Part shown: one piece after another, positions 37,414 through 46,927 of the stretch
How the letters are laid out: each line of letters begins with the position of its first letter
Numbering within the stretch: the stretch's first letter is position 1
DNA from: Clostridia bacterium
GTDB taxonomy: Bacteria; Bacillota; Clostridia; Oscillospirales; CAG-272
Assembly: GCA_017646745.1 (NCBI GenBank)
Contig: JAGCLY010000080.1
Coordinates: forward strand, 1-52,778
Length of the DNA: 52,778 bases
Direction: 5' to 3'
Notes under the pieces: model-generated
The model's database searches: none
The model's input: only the letters and a program-made list of their open reading frames with translations
Told to the model about the DNA's origin: nothing
Made by a program: the position numbers and the translations under genes

Positions 37414-37866
37414 TTACTTTCTCAAAACAGAGGAATCCATAACGATTGTTACAGGGCCGTCGGTAGACATCTCGGTACGCATATCCGCACCGAATACACC
37501 GCACTCACATTTTCCAATGCGCTCTGATAGCTCGGAAATAAAGAACTCATAGAGCTCGTTTGCGACAGAGGGATGAGCCGAATTAAGATAATCCGGGCGG
37601 TTGCCGTGGGCATAGTTTGCGTGCAGAGTGAAATTGGACACAACGAGCGCCCTGCCCCCGACGTCCTTTATGGAAAGATTCATCTTCCCCTTTTCATCAG
37701 AGAAAATACGCAGCTTGGAAATCTTCTCTGCGAGGAGGGTGGCATCCCTTTTGTCATCGCCAACCTTAACTCCCAGCAGCAAATAAAGCCCCTTGTCAAT
37801 ACTGCCCGACAATACGCCGTCAGCAAAAACAGTAGCCGAGTTTACCCTTTGAATAACACAAATCAT
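37414..37866 (-). CDS. dtd: D-aminoacyl-tRNA deacylase
   Basis: MICVIQRVNSATVFADG..., LLGV..GD, SNFTL and GPVTIVMDS. Confidence 0.9.
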   Translation of the reverse strand: MICVIQRVNSATVFADGVLSGSIDKGLYLLLGVKVGDDKRDATLLAEKISKLRIFSDEKGKMNLSIKDVGGRALVVSNFTLHANYAHGNRPDYLNSAHPSVANELYEFFISELSERIGKCECGVFGADMRTEMSTDGPVTIVMDSSVLRK

Positions 37867-37875
37867 AATAACCTC

Positions 37876-40083
37876 TTAATGTGTAAATCCACGTCTGACA
37901 GAAATAATCTTAGGCAGCGATCTCAGACGTGCAACGATAGAATCATAATGAGAAACATTGCGGCAGCCAACAACAATATTAATAATAACGTCGCCGTTCT
38001 TATCGGTTTGAGTGTTGATCTGAGTAATAGACACCTTCATATCAGCAAGAGCCATAGAAATGCCTGCAAGTACACCGATCTGATCCTCCGCCGTAATCTG
38101 AATTGTAGCCTCGTAAAGGGGGCTCTGAATGGACTCGTTCTGCTCCCACTCTGCCCTTACCCAACGGCCGAGATTATCATCGTTGCCTCGGGAGGCTATA
38201 ACGTTAGGACAGTCTGCCTTGTGTACCGAAACACCAAAGCCACGGGTGATGAATCCAACAATGCGGTCACCGGGGAGCGGATTACAGCACTTGGCAAATT
38301 TAAGCTGATAACCGGTGTCACCGTCAATAATAACACCGCCTGCGCTCCTGTGCCTTTTACTTACCGTAGTAAGCTTAACCTTGGCAAGCTCATCCTCGGG
38401 AGTCTGAGGCTCGTCGATAGCACGAAGCTTTTCGATCTCATCCTTGATCTTGGGAATGAATCTGGAAAGCGAAAGACCGCCGAAGCCAATGGTGTTATAA
38501 AAGTCCTCTGCATTCTGAATGCTAACCTTCTTTGCGATTCCGGTGATGATCTCTTCAATCTGCGCATCGGTAATCTGCTTGTAAAGGCGGCGCATCTCAC
38601 GCTCAACCTCATTCCTACCTACCTCAATATTCTCGGCTCTGGACTCCTTCTTAAACCACTGTCTGATCTTACTTCTCGCCTGACCGGTCTTAACTATCTT
38701 AAGCCAATCTCGGCTGGGGCCCTTGGAGGATCCGGAGGTGATAATTTCAATAATATCACCGTTACCGGGGATTCTGTCAATAGGAACAATGACGCCGTTA
38801 ACCTTGGCGCCAACCATCTTGTTACCTACGGCAGAATGTATAGCGTAGGCAAAGTCTATAACTGTAGATCCAAGCGGCAAGGAAATTACATCGCCCTTGG
38901 GAGTAAATACAAAGGTTTCGTCATGGAATATATCGGTCTTAAAGGAGTGAATAAACTCATCGGGGTCGCGGGTGCTCTCATCAGACTCAAGAAGCTGGGA
39001 TATCCAGCGAAGCTTTTCATCAATATTAGCACCGGATTTTTCGCCCGACTTATACTTCCAGTGCGCCGCAATACCGAACTGCGCCTCCTCGTGCATCTGC
39101 TTAGTACGGATCTGTACCTCGAAGGGTATACCGCTGTTGCCGATGACGGTGGTATGAAGCGAACGGTAAAGGTTAGGCTTGGGAGTGGAGATATAGTCCT
39201 TAAAACGTCCGGGAATGGACTTGAACATCTCGTGAACGTAGCCGAGGGCGGTATAGCACTCAAGCTCTGTGTCAACGATTACACGAACTGCATAGAAGTC
39301 GTAGATCTCGTCAAAGGCCTTATTCTGGCTGTACATCTTACGGTAAAGGCTGTAAACCGACTTAACTCGCCCCTCGATCTGGCAGAAGATTCCATGCTCG
39401 GCGAGCTTACCGGAGATATGTGCCTTAGCATCCTCGATAAAGTTACCGCTACGGCCAAACTTCTTATCAATCTCCTCGGATACCTCCTGGTAGCCTACGT
39501 TATCAAGATAGTAAAGGCTGATATTTTCAAGCTCCTGCTTAATACGCTGAATACCGAGACGGTGCGCAAGAGGAGCGTAAATATACATTGTTTCAAGAGC
39601 AATAGCTCTCTGTCTGTCCTCCTTCTTTGCAGAAAGAGTACGCATATTGTGCAGACGGTCGCAAAGCTTGATGAAGATGACACGAATATCCTTTGTCATA
39701 GCGAGAAGCATCTTACGGATATTCTCAATATGCGCCTCCTCCTTATCGGCAATCTGAACCTGAATTATCTTGGTCAGACCGTCAACAAGCAACGCAACAT
39801 CCTTGCCAAACATTTTTGCCAGAGTTTCAAGATTCGTCTTGTCTGCGCAATCCTCAACGGTATCGTGAAGAAGCGCCGCACATATAGAATCGGTATCAAG
39901 CCCCAGCTCGGCCACGATTTTTGCAACCGCAACCGGGTGACTGATATAGGGCTCACCGCTGAGTCGCATCTGTCCCTCGTGGAGGGCATCTGCATAATAA
40001 TACGCCTCTGTTATCTTGGCAAGGTCAAGATTTCTTTCGCTCTTCTCGAGATGATCGAGAAGATTTTTCATTTCCACGTACAT
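37876..40083 (-). CDS. relA: Bifunctional (p)ppGpp synthetase/hydrolase RelA/SpoT (Rel)
   Basis: HD hydrolase (HPVAVAKIV...LLHDTVED), synthetase (YRSLHTTV, FEVQIRT), TGS (VFTPKGDVISLPLGSTVIDFAY) and a C-terminal ACT domain. The start may be 40083 or 40071. Confidence 0.95.
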   Translation of the reverse strand: MYVEMKNLLDHLEKSERNLDLAKITEAYYYADALHEGQMRLSGEPYISHPVAVAKIVAELGLDTDSICAALLHDTVEDCADKTNLETLAKMFGKDVALLVDGLTKIIQVQIADKEEAHIENIRKMLLAMTKDIRVIFIKLCDRLHNMRTLSAKKEDRQRAIALETMYIYAPLAHRLGIQRIKQELENISLYYLDNVGYQEVSEEIDKKFGRSGNFIEDAKAHISGKLAEHGIFCQIEGRVKSVYSLYRKMYSQNKAFDEIYDFYAVRVIVDTELECYTALGYVHEMFKSIPGRFKDYISTPKPNLYRSLHTTVIGNSGIPFEVQIRTKQMHEEAQFGIAAHWKYKSGEKSGANIDEKLRWISQLLESDESTRDPDEFIHSFKTDIFHDETFVFTPKGDVISLPLGSTVIDFAYAIHSAVGNKMVGAKVNGVIVPIDRIPGNGDIIEIITSGSSKGPSRDWLKIVKTGQARSKIRQWFKKESRAENIEVGRNEVEREMRRLYKQITDAQIEEIITGIAKKVSIQNAEDFYNTIGFGGLSLSRFIPKIKDEIEKLRAIDEPQTPEDELAKVKLTTVSKRHRSAGGVIIDGDTGYQLKFAKCCNPLPGDRIVGFITRGFGVSVHKADCPNVIASRGNDDNLGRWVRAEWEQNESIQSPLYEATIQITAEDQIGVLAGISMALADMKVSITQINTQTDKNGDVIINIVVGCRNVSHYDSIVARLRSLPKIISVRRGFTH

Positions 40084-40107
40084 AAAAAATACCTATCGTC
40101 CACCCGG

Positions 40108-42303
40108 TCAGCCTCTGCGATTCATCTGAGAGCGAAGTCTTCTGAGAATACTTGACTTGTCAAGCTGAACCTTCGTGGTGGAATAATGTAATTTAAATTT
40201 GTAGGTCTCATCGTCCACGTCCTCGATCGAAACAATATTAAGCTCCTTAAAGACCATAATAATGACCTTGAGCTTTACGTAGCCGATATTAACCCTTTCA
40301 TCGGAGTTTTTGATTTTAAATATAATATCTCTGTGCTTCAGCAGGTCTGTACCCGAACGAACAGAGTTCTGAATAAGTCTGTATACTGCGGCAAAATCAT
40401 TTCTGTCGGGCAGAACGTTATCATCGGCACTAAAGCTTGCCCCGTTCTTGATCTCCTCAAAAAGTGCAAGCTCGCTCTCGAGAATCTCCTTTTGAGTTCG
40501 GGAGGGCTTAAGGTCACGGATAATCATCTGCACACTTTCTCTACCGCCCCACTCGTTAACATCGAGGTTAAAGAGCACGTCTACCTTATCGCCAACGTAA
40601 ACGCCGAGCGAATCGGGAGAGTTAGAGAAATACATAGCCGACAGAGTATATCTGCCGTTGCCGAGAGAAAGTCTGGTGTGCTTTCCGTCGCTGATGCCGT
40701 TTATATCGTTAACGGTAACACCGCGGAGAACAAATCCGGGAATAGGATTGGAAACACCGTAGGGCTCAAGCAGCTGTATGTTCTTCGCAAGAGCCAAATT
40801 TACGTCGGTAAAGTTAAGAACGCAATCGGCCTCAACGGTCTGAACCATATCTGCATCGGTAAGGTTGTTAAGAGCGTACTCGTTGATAAGGCGTCTGAAA
40901 TTATCAAGCTCGCCACGGGTAACAGAAAGTCCGGCCGCCAGCTCATGACCGCCAAATTTTACTAGATGGTCGCTGCAATAACAAAGCGCATCAACAAGAT
41001 TCATGCCCTTGATGCTTCGGCCGGAGCCCTTACCAACATCATCTGCAGAGGGGATCTCGGACTCGTTGCCCTCAAAGGAAACGAGAATAGCAGGACGGGT
41101 ATACTTCTCTGTAATACGTGATGCAACTATACCGATAACACCGTGATGCCAGTTATCTGCGTCGAGAACGATAACAGGATTTTTCTCAATATCATAGCTC
41201 TCGATCTTCTCATAGGCCTCCTGCATGATCTTGTTTTCCTCGGCCTGGCGCTCCTTGTTGGTATGGCACAGCTCTTCTGCAATCTCCTTTGCCCTCGCTC
41301 TATCCTGAGAGAGGAAAAGCTCAACAGCAAGAGAGGCGGTTTTGATTCTGCCGGCTGCATTGATTCTGGGAGCAATAGTATAGCCTATGTAGCCGGAGGT
41401 GATCTTAGCCTTTTTCTTACGCTGATTAGATCTCTGCGCATCATTCTTTGCTGATGCAGCCTCAATAAGCGCCGCTAGTCCGATACGCTCGGTCTTTTCG
41501 ATCATAGAAAGACCGTATCTTACGATAATACGGTTCTCCTCCTTAATGGGCATAACGTCGGCAATAGTACCGATAGCCACAAGGTCTGCATAAAGCGAGA
41601 ATATACGCTTAGCAGCATCAATACGGCTTCTACCCATAACTCTTTCCTCATAGGCGCAGATAAGCTTAAAGACTACGCCAACGCCAGCAAGCTCCTTGAA
41701 GGGATACTCGCAATCGGGTCTGTGAGGATTGATTACCGCAAGTGCATCGGGAAGATCCGAGCGGCACTCGTGATGGTCGGTTACGATGAATTTCACACCG
41801 ATGCTCTTGGCATACTCAACCTCCTCAACGGCGGTGGTACCGGTGTCAACGGTGATAATGAGGCTTCCGCCGTTTTCCTTGATGGCATCAATAGCCTGTG
41901 TGGAAACGCCGTAGCCCTCGCCTGCTCTGTTGGGGATATAATAATCCACCTTAGCTCCAAGCGATTTAAGATAGAGATAGAGCGTACAAACAGATGTAAC
42001 TCCGTCAACGTCATAGTCTCCGTAAACGGTGATACGCTCACCTGAGGCAATAGCGGCTCTGATGCCCTCTATGCCCTTGTCAACATCCTTCATTTTAAAG
42101 GGGTTGAGCAGCATTTCGCTTTCCATATAAACGAAAGCCTTTGCTTTGGATACGTCTGTGTATCCTCGGTTGTAAAGAAGCTTGGCGACAATCGGATTAA
42201 TACCAAGGGCCGATGCAATCTCGGTTATCTTGGCAGAATATTCGGGACTGTCGATGGATTTAATTAGCCAGTTCTTCTCCTTTTTTTCTTTGATTTTTAG
42301 CAT
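40108..42303 (-). CDS. recJ: Single-stranded-DNA-specific exonuclease RecJ
   Basis: DHH motifs (GDYDVDGVTS, TVDTGT, VTDHHE) and a DHHA1 domain (GGHELAAG). 731 aa. Confidence 0.9.
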   Translation of the reverse strand: MLKIKEKKEKNWLIKSIDSPEYSAKITEIASALGINPIVAKLLYNRGYTDVSKAKAFVYMESEMLLNPFKMKDVDKGIEGIRAAIASGERITVYGDYDVDGVTSVCTLYLYLKSLGAKVDYYIPNRAGEGYGVSTQAIDAIKENGGSLIITVDTGTTAVEEVEYAKSIGVKFIVTDHHECRSDLPDALAVINPHRPDCEYPFKELAGVGVVFKLICAYEERVMGRSRIDAAKRIFSLYADLVAIGTIADVMPIKEENRIIVRYGLSMIEKTERIGLAALIEAASAKNDAQRSNQRKKKAKITSGYIGYTIAPRINAAGRIKTASLAVELFLSQDRARAKEIAEELCHTNKERQAEENKIMQEAYEKIESYDIEKNPVIVLDADNWHHGVIGIVASRITEKYTRPAILVSFEGNESEIPSADDVGKGSGRSIKGMNLVDALCYCSDHLVKFGGHELAAGLSVTRGELDNFRRLINEYALNNLTDADMVQTVEADCVLNFTDVNLALAKNIQLLEPYGVSNPIPGFVLRGVTVNDINGISDGKHTRLSLGNGRYTLSAMYFSNSPDSLGVYVGDKVDVLFNLDVNEWGGRESVQMIIRDLKPSRTQKEILESELALFEEIKNGASFSADDNVLPDRNDFAAVYRLIQNSVRSGTDLLKHRDIIFKIKNSDERVNIGYVKLKVIIMVFKELNIVSIEDVDDETYKFKLHYSTTKVQLDKSSILRRLRSQMNRRG

Positions 42304-42431
42304 TATTTTAAAACCAAGTGGGATTTCTCCCGCCTTTCATTTTATTATGCGTAAATAAGCTTGGATCACCGTCATCCGCACGGTATACCCTCCAAGGGAG
42401 GCGCAGTCTATGTTTCACCTGCGTAAGATTT

Positions 42432-42462
42432 AATGCACAATGCAAAATGCAGAATGCAAAAT
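42432..42462. repeat. Tandem heptamer (AATGCAN) x4.4
   Basis: AATGCAC AATGCAA AATGCAG AATGCAA AAT read directly. It abuts the stop codon of the COG2509 gene, and on the minus strand it lies in the 158-nt gap before recJ. Confidence 0.9.
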
Positions 42463-44078
42463 TATTTGTGGAAATTTTTCATAAGCGCAATGGCGGTTCT
42501 TACACCGTCGATCGCAGCGCTGGTAATTCCTCCCGCATATCCGGCACCCTCGCCGGCGGGATAAATATTATCATAGCCTGTTGCCAGGCGAGTTTCGTTG
42601 CTACGAAGAATTCGTATGGGAGCACTGGTTCTGGTTTCAGCGCCGGTAAGAATCGCATCGGGAGATGCGAAGCCCTTGATCTTCCTGTCAAAGGCAAGTA
42701 CAGCGGATCTTATGCCGTTGCAAACAAAGTCGGGTAAATAGGTCTCAGGCCTTGCGAGCTTAACGTGGCTGCCGGACATATAGCTGGGCAGAATTCTGCC
42801 GGGATCTGTTTTAAGGGAATCTCCCATAAAATCGCCAAAGGTAATAATAGGTGCGCTATAATCGCTACCGCCGGCCTTAAATGCCGCACGTTCTATATTT
42901 CTCTGAAATTCAATAGCCTTAAGAGGTGTTGCGCCGTAATCCTCACGGAAAACGCTGGTAACAACAGCACTGTTAGAGTTCCTGCCGTCACGGCTGTGAT
43001 AGCTCATGCCGTTTACTACCACGCCGCCCTCCTCGCTCGCCGCAGGAACGACTATGCCACCCGGACACATGCAGAAGGTATAGGTACCTCGGTTCTTGGT
43101 GTCGTGCGAAAGTGCATACTCTGCGTGACCGAGCTTGGGATCAAGCTCTCTTTTGCCGTACATACCGTAGTCGATATCCTCAGTCAGGTGCTCAATACGC
43201 ATTCCGACAGAAAAGGCCTTAGCCTCTATATCGAAGCACCCCTTTATCATGCTCTCATAAGTATCTCTTGCGCTGTGACCGATTGCAAGAACAAGTGCGC
43301 CACAAGGAATCTCACCCTTGTCGGTAAGCACAGCAGTCACGTAACTATTATGAACTATGGGCGAGAGGTATTTAGTGTGATAAAGAATTTTACCGCCGAG
43401 CTGACAAATGCGCTCAATCATTTTGTCAACCACCACCGAAAGCACGTCGGTGCCTATATGTGGTTTTGCGATATATCTGATCTCCTCGGGTGCGCCGAAC
43501 TCGATAAATCTCTCCAGCACGTATGCACTCATGGGATCGTTTATTCTGGTCACAAGCTTGCCATCGGAAAATGTTCCCGCACCGCCTGCGCCGAACTGTA
43601 TATTTGTATTGGGATCGAGAATGTGATTAAGCTCGAAATTACGGACAGCCTCGTTTCTGTCCTTTACCGACCCACCTCGTTCTAAAATAACGGGAGCATA
43701 TCCCTGCTCGGCAAGAAGAAGTGCGCAGAACAGACCGCAAGGGCCGGATCCGACTACCACGGGCGGTGCGGAAAGTCTGTTTTCGCCAATGGTGATCTGT
43801 GGCATGGCCTGCAGATTTTGTATAGAAATGCCAAGCTTACTCTGCCTTGCCTCATCTATATCGGGAAAATCACCGCTGACAGCAACCGAATATACGAACA
43901 TAATATCCGGACGTCGTCTTGCATCAATGCTTCTCCTGTAAATTCGAAAATCCTTGGCAAAGCCAAGCAGTCCCGCACGTCGGAGAATTGCCCTTGCAAC
44001 CGAAAACGCCTCAGTTTCTGAGGCGTTAACAGAGAGCTTAATATTGTTTATCAGTATGAATTTAGTGTCAAAGTCCAT
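42462..44078 (-). CDS. FAD-dependent protein (COG2509-type uncharacterised dehydrogenase)
   Basis: Dinucleotide-binding motif VVVGSGPCGLFCALLLAE, and GAGYAGGITSAAIDG near the C-terminus. Start taken at MDFDTKFILINN (ATG at 44078, GGAGCAGG upstream). The 19-codon extension in the track overlaps the small upstream ORF. Confidence 0.75.
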   Translation of the reverse strand: MDFDTKFILINNIKLSVNASETEAFSVARAILRRAGLLGFAKDFRIYRRSIDARRRPDIMFVYSVAVSGDFPDIDEARQSKLGISIQNLQAMPQITIGENRLSAPPVVVGSGPCGLFCALLLAEQGYAPVILERGGSVKDRNEAVRNFELNHILDPNTNIQFGAGGAGTFSDGKLVTRINDPMSAYVLERFIEFGAPEEIRYIAKPHIGTDVLSVVVDKMIERICQLGGKILYHTKYLSPIVHNSYVTAVLTDKGEIPCGALVLAIGHSARDTYESMIKGCFDIEAKAFSVGMRIEHLTEDIDYGMYGKRELDPKLGHAEYALSHDTKNRGTYTFCMCPGGIVVPAASEEGGVVVNGMSYHSRDGRNSNSAVVTSVFREDYGATPLKAIEFQRNIERAAFKAGGSDYSAPIITFGDFMGDSLKTDPGRILPSYMSGSHVKLARPETYLPDFVCNGIRSAVLAFDRKIKGFASPDAILTGAETRTSAPIRILRSNETRLATGYDNIYPAGEGAGYAGGITSAAIDGVRTAIALMKNFHK

Positions 44079-44088
44079 ACCTGCTCCA

Positions 44089-44223
44089 TTAACCAAACAT
44101 AGATAGAGGAAGATCGCCGACCAAGCCATATTCAACGACGATCCAGAATATTATTGCTAATATAAAACAATTTACCGCAAACAAAATTTTGCCGCCAATA
44201 CCCTCAAAAAAGTTGTTTTTCAT
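44089..44223 (-). CDS. Unannotated 44-codon ORF encoding a putative single-pass membrane peptide
   Basis: Hand translation gives MKNNFFEGIGGKILFAVNCFILAIIFWIVVEYGLVGDLPLSMFG. GAGG lies 6 nt upstream. It starts 15 nt after the cdaA stop and ends 10 nt before the next gene. It is below the ORF-track size cut-off. Confidence 0.4.
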   Translation of the reverse strand: MKNNFFEGIGGKILFAVNCFILAIIFWIVVEYGLVGDLPLSMFG

Positions 44224-44238
44224 TTAAACCTCGAATAT

Positions 44239-45093
44239 TCAGTTTTTCTCCTGATTAACCTTCTCTCCAACAAGCTCCTTAATAAGGAATTTGCGAAGCG
44301 AATCCTCGGTAAAGTCACGCTTAAGCTCGCTCTCCTTAGCAACCGAAATAGTACCGGTTTCCTCAGAAACGATAATAATAATTGCGTCGCTGACCTCACT
44401 GAGACCGATAGCAGCCCTGTGTCTTGTGCCAAGCTCGTTCATAACCTGTGTATGCTTGGGCAAAGGAAGAATACAGGCAGCAGCCTTGATACGATTGTTC
44501 TCGATTACGATTGCTCCATCGTGCAAGGGTGCGCGATTATAAAAAAGATTTCGAATAAGATAATCCGACACGTCGGAATTAATAACAATACCGGTATGAA
44601 CAATATCCTCAAGCTGAGTTGTACGGCCGATAACGATCAGCGCGCCCGTCTTATCGGAGGATAAAACACGCACAGCCTTGCAGATGTTATCTATGGATTT
44701 GTATTGATCCTGTCTTTTACGAGTCTGATCACCGAGAGTACGAATTCCCTTAAGCGAGCCGGAGCCGATTGTCTCAAGCAGATCACGGATCTCAGGCATG
44801 AAAATTATAATTATTGCCAGCGCACCAATTTGAAAGACCTCGGACAAAATATACCTTACACCCGTCAGGTCGAATAGAAGCGCAACTGCATATAGAATCA
44901 TACAAATCAGAATACCGATCAGCAGCGTACCCGCCTTACGGCTCCTGAAAAATCTGAACACGAAATAGAAAAGAAGCGCAAGGATAACAATATCCACAGC
45001 ATCGGTCCAGTGGAAGTTGTCAAAAATATTCTTGATGTTGTCGATAAAGGCAGAAAAACTCTCATTTAAGGATGAGGAAAGTAATCCGTACAT
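44239..45093 (-). CDS. cdaA: Diadenylate cyclase CdaA
   Basis: Three N-terminal TM helices plus a DAC domain (GALIVIGRTT, DGAIVIENNRIKAAACILPL, TRHRAAIGLSE, SEETGTISVA). ATG at 45093 has GGAG 8 nt upstream. Confidence 0.9.
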   Translation of the reverse strand: MYGLLSSSLNESFSAFIDNIKNIFDNFHWTDAVDIVILALLFYFVFRFFRSRKAGTLLIGILICMILYAVALLFDLTGVRYILSEVFQIGALAIIIIFMPEIRDLLETIGSGSLKGIRTLGDQTRKRQDQYKSIDNICKAVRVLSSDKTGALIVIGRTTQLEDIVHTGIVINSDVSDYLIRNLFYNRAPLHDGAIVIENNRIKAAACILPLPKHTQVMNELGTRHRAAIGLSEVSDAIIIIVSEETGTISVAKESELKRDFTEDSLRKFLIKELVGEKVNQEKN

Positions 45094-45127
45094 CAGCAAG
45101 ACTCCAATCTAAATAATTATTCAATTA

Positions 45128-45156
45128 ATTATAACACACGCAAAATTAAAAATCAA
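45128..45156 (-). promoter_or_regulatory. Extended -10 promoter for cdaA
   Basis: On the minus strand: TTGATT (45156-45151), 17-nt spacer, TGTTATAAT. Confidence 0.6.
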
Positions 45157-45208
45157 TAGATTTTATAATGTTTATTGCTCTGCCGTGAAAGTTTTTTTGA
45201 CGTTCGTA

Positions 45209-45237
45209 TTGACATATTTGAAGGATAATGGTATAAT
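45209..45237 (+). promoter_or_regulatory. Perfect-consensus sigma-A promoter for the crp-family/ABC operon
   Basis: TTGACA (45209-45214), 17-nt spacer, TATAAT (45232-45237). Confidence 0.75.
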
Positions 45238-45238
45238 A

Positions 45239-45254
45239 TGTATCAAATGATACA
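45239..45254. promoter_or_regulatory. Perfect 16-bp palindrome TGTATCA-AA-TGATACA (candidate operator)
   Basis: Read directly. It starts 2 nt after the -10 hexamer and has the TGT-N10-ACA geometry of Crp/Fnr-family sites. Confidence 0.6.
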
Positions 45255-45269
45255 CTTTCGAGGTAAAAC

Positions 45270-45932
45270 GTGGAAATTACAAACACATTATCAAGCTCAT
45301 TTTTATTCAGAGGGCTCGATGAAGAGCAAATTATAGAGCTTATCAAAAAATCGCCACCTGTTCTATGCGAATTCAAGCGTGGCGAAATGATTTTTTCCTC
45401 AGAAACGGATGAGAAAAAGGTCGGATTTGTCCACAGCGGTCGATGCGAAATTCAAATACCCAAGGAGGATGGCTCAAAAACCGTGCTTAACATCCTTGCC
45501 AAGGGCGACTCATTCGGCATCCTATCGCTCTATGCCGAGGATTTTCCGACACAGATTTTAGCAACTAAAAATTCCGAGATAATCTTCTTTAGTGCCGAGC
45601 AAATCGCATATTTTGTCAACAATTATTCGCAAATATCGTCAAATCTTATCAATTTTCTTGCAAACAGAATTATTTTTCTTAACAAGAAAATCGCAACTTT
45701 TTCGGGAAACAGAGTAGAAAATCGTCTTGCCGCCTTTTTACTTTGTGAGAGTAGCAGAACAGGCTGCTCATCCTTCCCTTTTAACCGGCAAAAGACAGCC
45801 GAGGAGATTAATGCCGGGCGTGCATCGGTATACCGAGCGCTGGATTCTCTTATTAACGAGGAATTAATTAAGCTTACTGACAAACAAATCACAATTTTAG
45901 ACCGAGAAGGTCTTGAAAGGATCTCAAAATGA
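45270..45932 (+). CDS. Crp/Fnr-family transcriptional regulator
   Basis: N-terminal cNMP-binding-like domain (FLFRGLDEEQI..., GDSFGILSL) and C-terminal HTH (QKTAEEINAGRASVYRALDSL). GTG start has GAGG 6 nt upstream. Confidence 0.85.
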   Translation: MEITNTLSSSFLFRGLDEEQIIELIKKSPPVLCEFKRGEMIFSSETDEKKVGFVHSGRCEIQIPKEDGSKTVLNILAKGDSFGILSLYAEDFPTQILATKNSEIIFFSAEQIAYFVNNYSQISSNLINFLANRIIFLNKKIATFSGNRVENRLAAFLLCESSRTGCSSFPFNRQKTAEEINAGRASVYRALDSLINEELIKLTDKQITILDREGLERISK

Positions 45933-46927
45933 AAAAATTAATCGCACTACTTACACTTATTACTATCTGCGCTACGCTTCTCTGCTCCTGCGCCTTTATC
46001 AACAGCCTTATTAAGGGCGAGCCCGAGCAGCTTTCCATCGGTTATCTTGCAGGTCCTACCGGTATGGGAATTGCTAAGCTGATTCATGACAACGGCGGCG
46101 AAGGCGGCAACGAAAAATACTCCTTCACAAAATATGCCGATTCAAATGCAGCAAAAGCTGACCTGGCCGCAGGTAAAATCGACATCATCTGTCTGCCCAC
46201 CAACGATGCGGCTATGTTTTACAACACTGTTGATAATTCATCGAAGGTTCTGGCTGTAAATTGCCTTAATTCTCTTTATCTTCTAACAAAAGGAAGCGAA
46301 AAGGTCTCCTCTCTCTCCGACCTTGAAGGACAGACCATATTCACCTGTAAGAATGGAACACCAAGAATGGTTCTTGAATATATCATAAAGACAGCTGGAA
46401 TCAACGCAACTATTTCATATGAATTTGAGGGTAAGGAAATTCTTACTCCCCAGGAGCTTTCTGCCTACGTTGTGTCCGGCAAGCTTCCCAATGCTGTTAT
46501 GCCCGAGCCCCTGGTAACATCCTCTCTGCTACAGATAACCAAGAACGGCGACAATAATATCACCTACACCGTCGACGTTAATCTTGCTAGCGAGTGGGAA
46601 AATGTTTCCGACACCCCCGTGACTATGGGATGTATAGTTGCAAACGGCAGTGCTGTTAACGAGAAGAAGGATGAAATCGACGCATTTCTTGATGAATACA
46701 AGGCATCCATTGAATACATCGGAAATCCCGATAATCTTGATTCTGCCGCAGAATTTGTTGTAGAAAACGGAATTATGGGTGCTGTGCCTGCCGCAAAAAA
46801 GGCTCTTACAAACCTTAATGGAGCTATCTCCTACATTGACAGCGAGGATATGAAAGAAGCGCTTGAGGCATTTTACACCGCTATTGGAATAAAGCTCCCC
46901 GGAGATGACTTCTACTATGAAAGATAA
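45929..46927 (+). CDS. ABC transporter substrate-binding lipoprotein (NMT1/sulfonate-nitrate-type)
   Basis: Signal peptide with a lipobox-like LLCSC, and a periplasmic-binding fold pattern. It overlaps the crp-family gene stop (ATGA). Confidence 0.75.
   Translation: MKKLIALLTLITICATLLCSCAFINSLIKGEPEQLSIGYLAGPTGMGIAKLIHDNGGEGGNEKYSFTKYADSNAAKADLAAGKIDIICLPTNDAAMFYNTVDNSSKVLAVNCLNSLYLLTKGSEKVSSLSDLEGQTIFTCKNGTPRMVLEYIIKTAGINATISYEFEGKEILTPQELSAYVVSGKLPNAVMPEPLVTSSLLQITKNGDNNITYTVDVNLASEWENVSDTPVTMGCIVANGSAVNEKKDEIDAFLDEYKASIEYIGNPDNLDSAAEFVVENGIMGAVPAAKKALTNLNGAISYIDSEDMKEALEAFYTAIGIKLPGDDFYYER

Noticed and set aside
42304-42431. A possible c-di-AMP (ydaO-type) or other riboswitch in the 158-nt gap before recJ, near cdaA.
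   Set aside because: Only short 4-5-bp hairpins are present (CGCAG/CTGCG, CCTCC-CTT-GGAGG, GGGA-GAAA-TCCC). I see no pseudo-two-fold ydaO architecture or any other riboswitch core. An Rfam scan would settle it.
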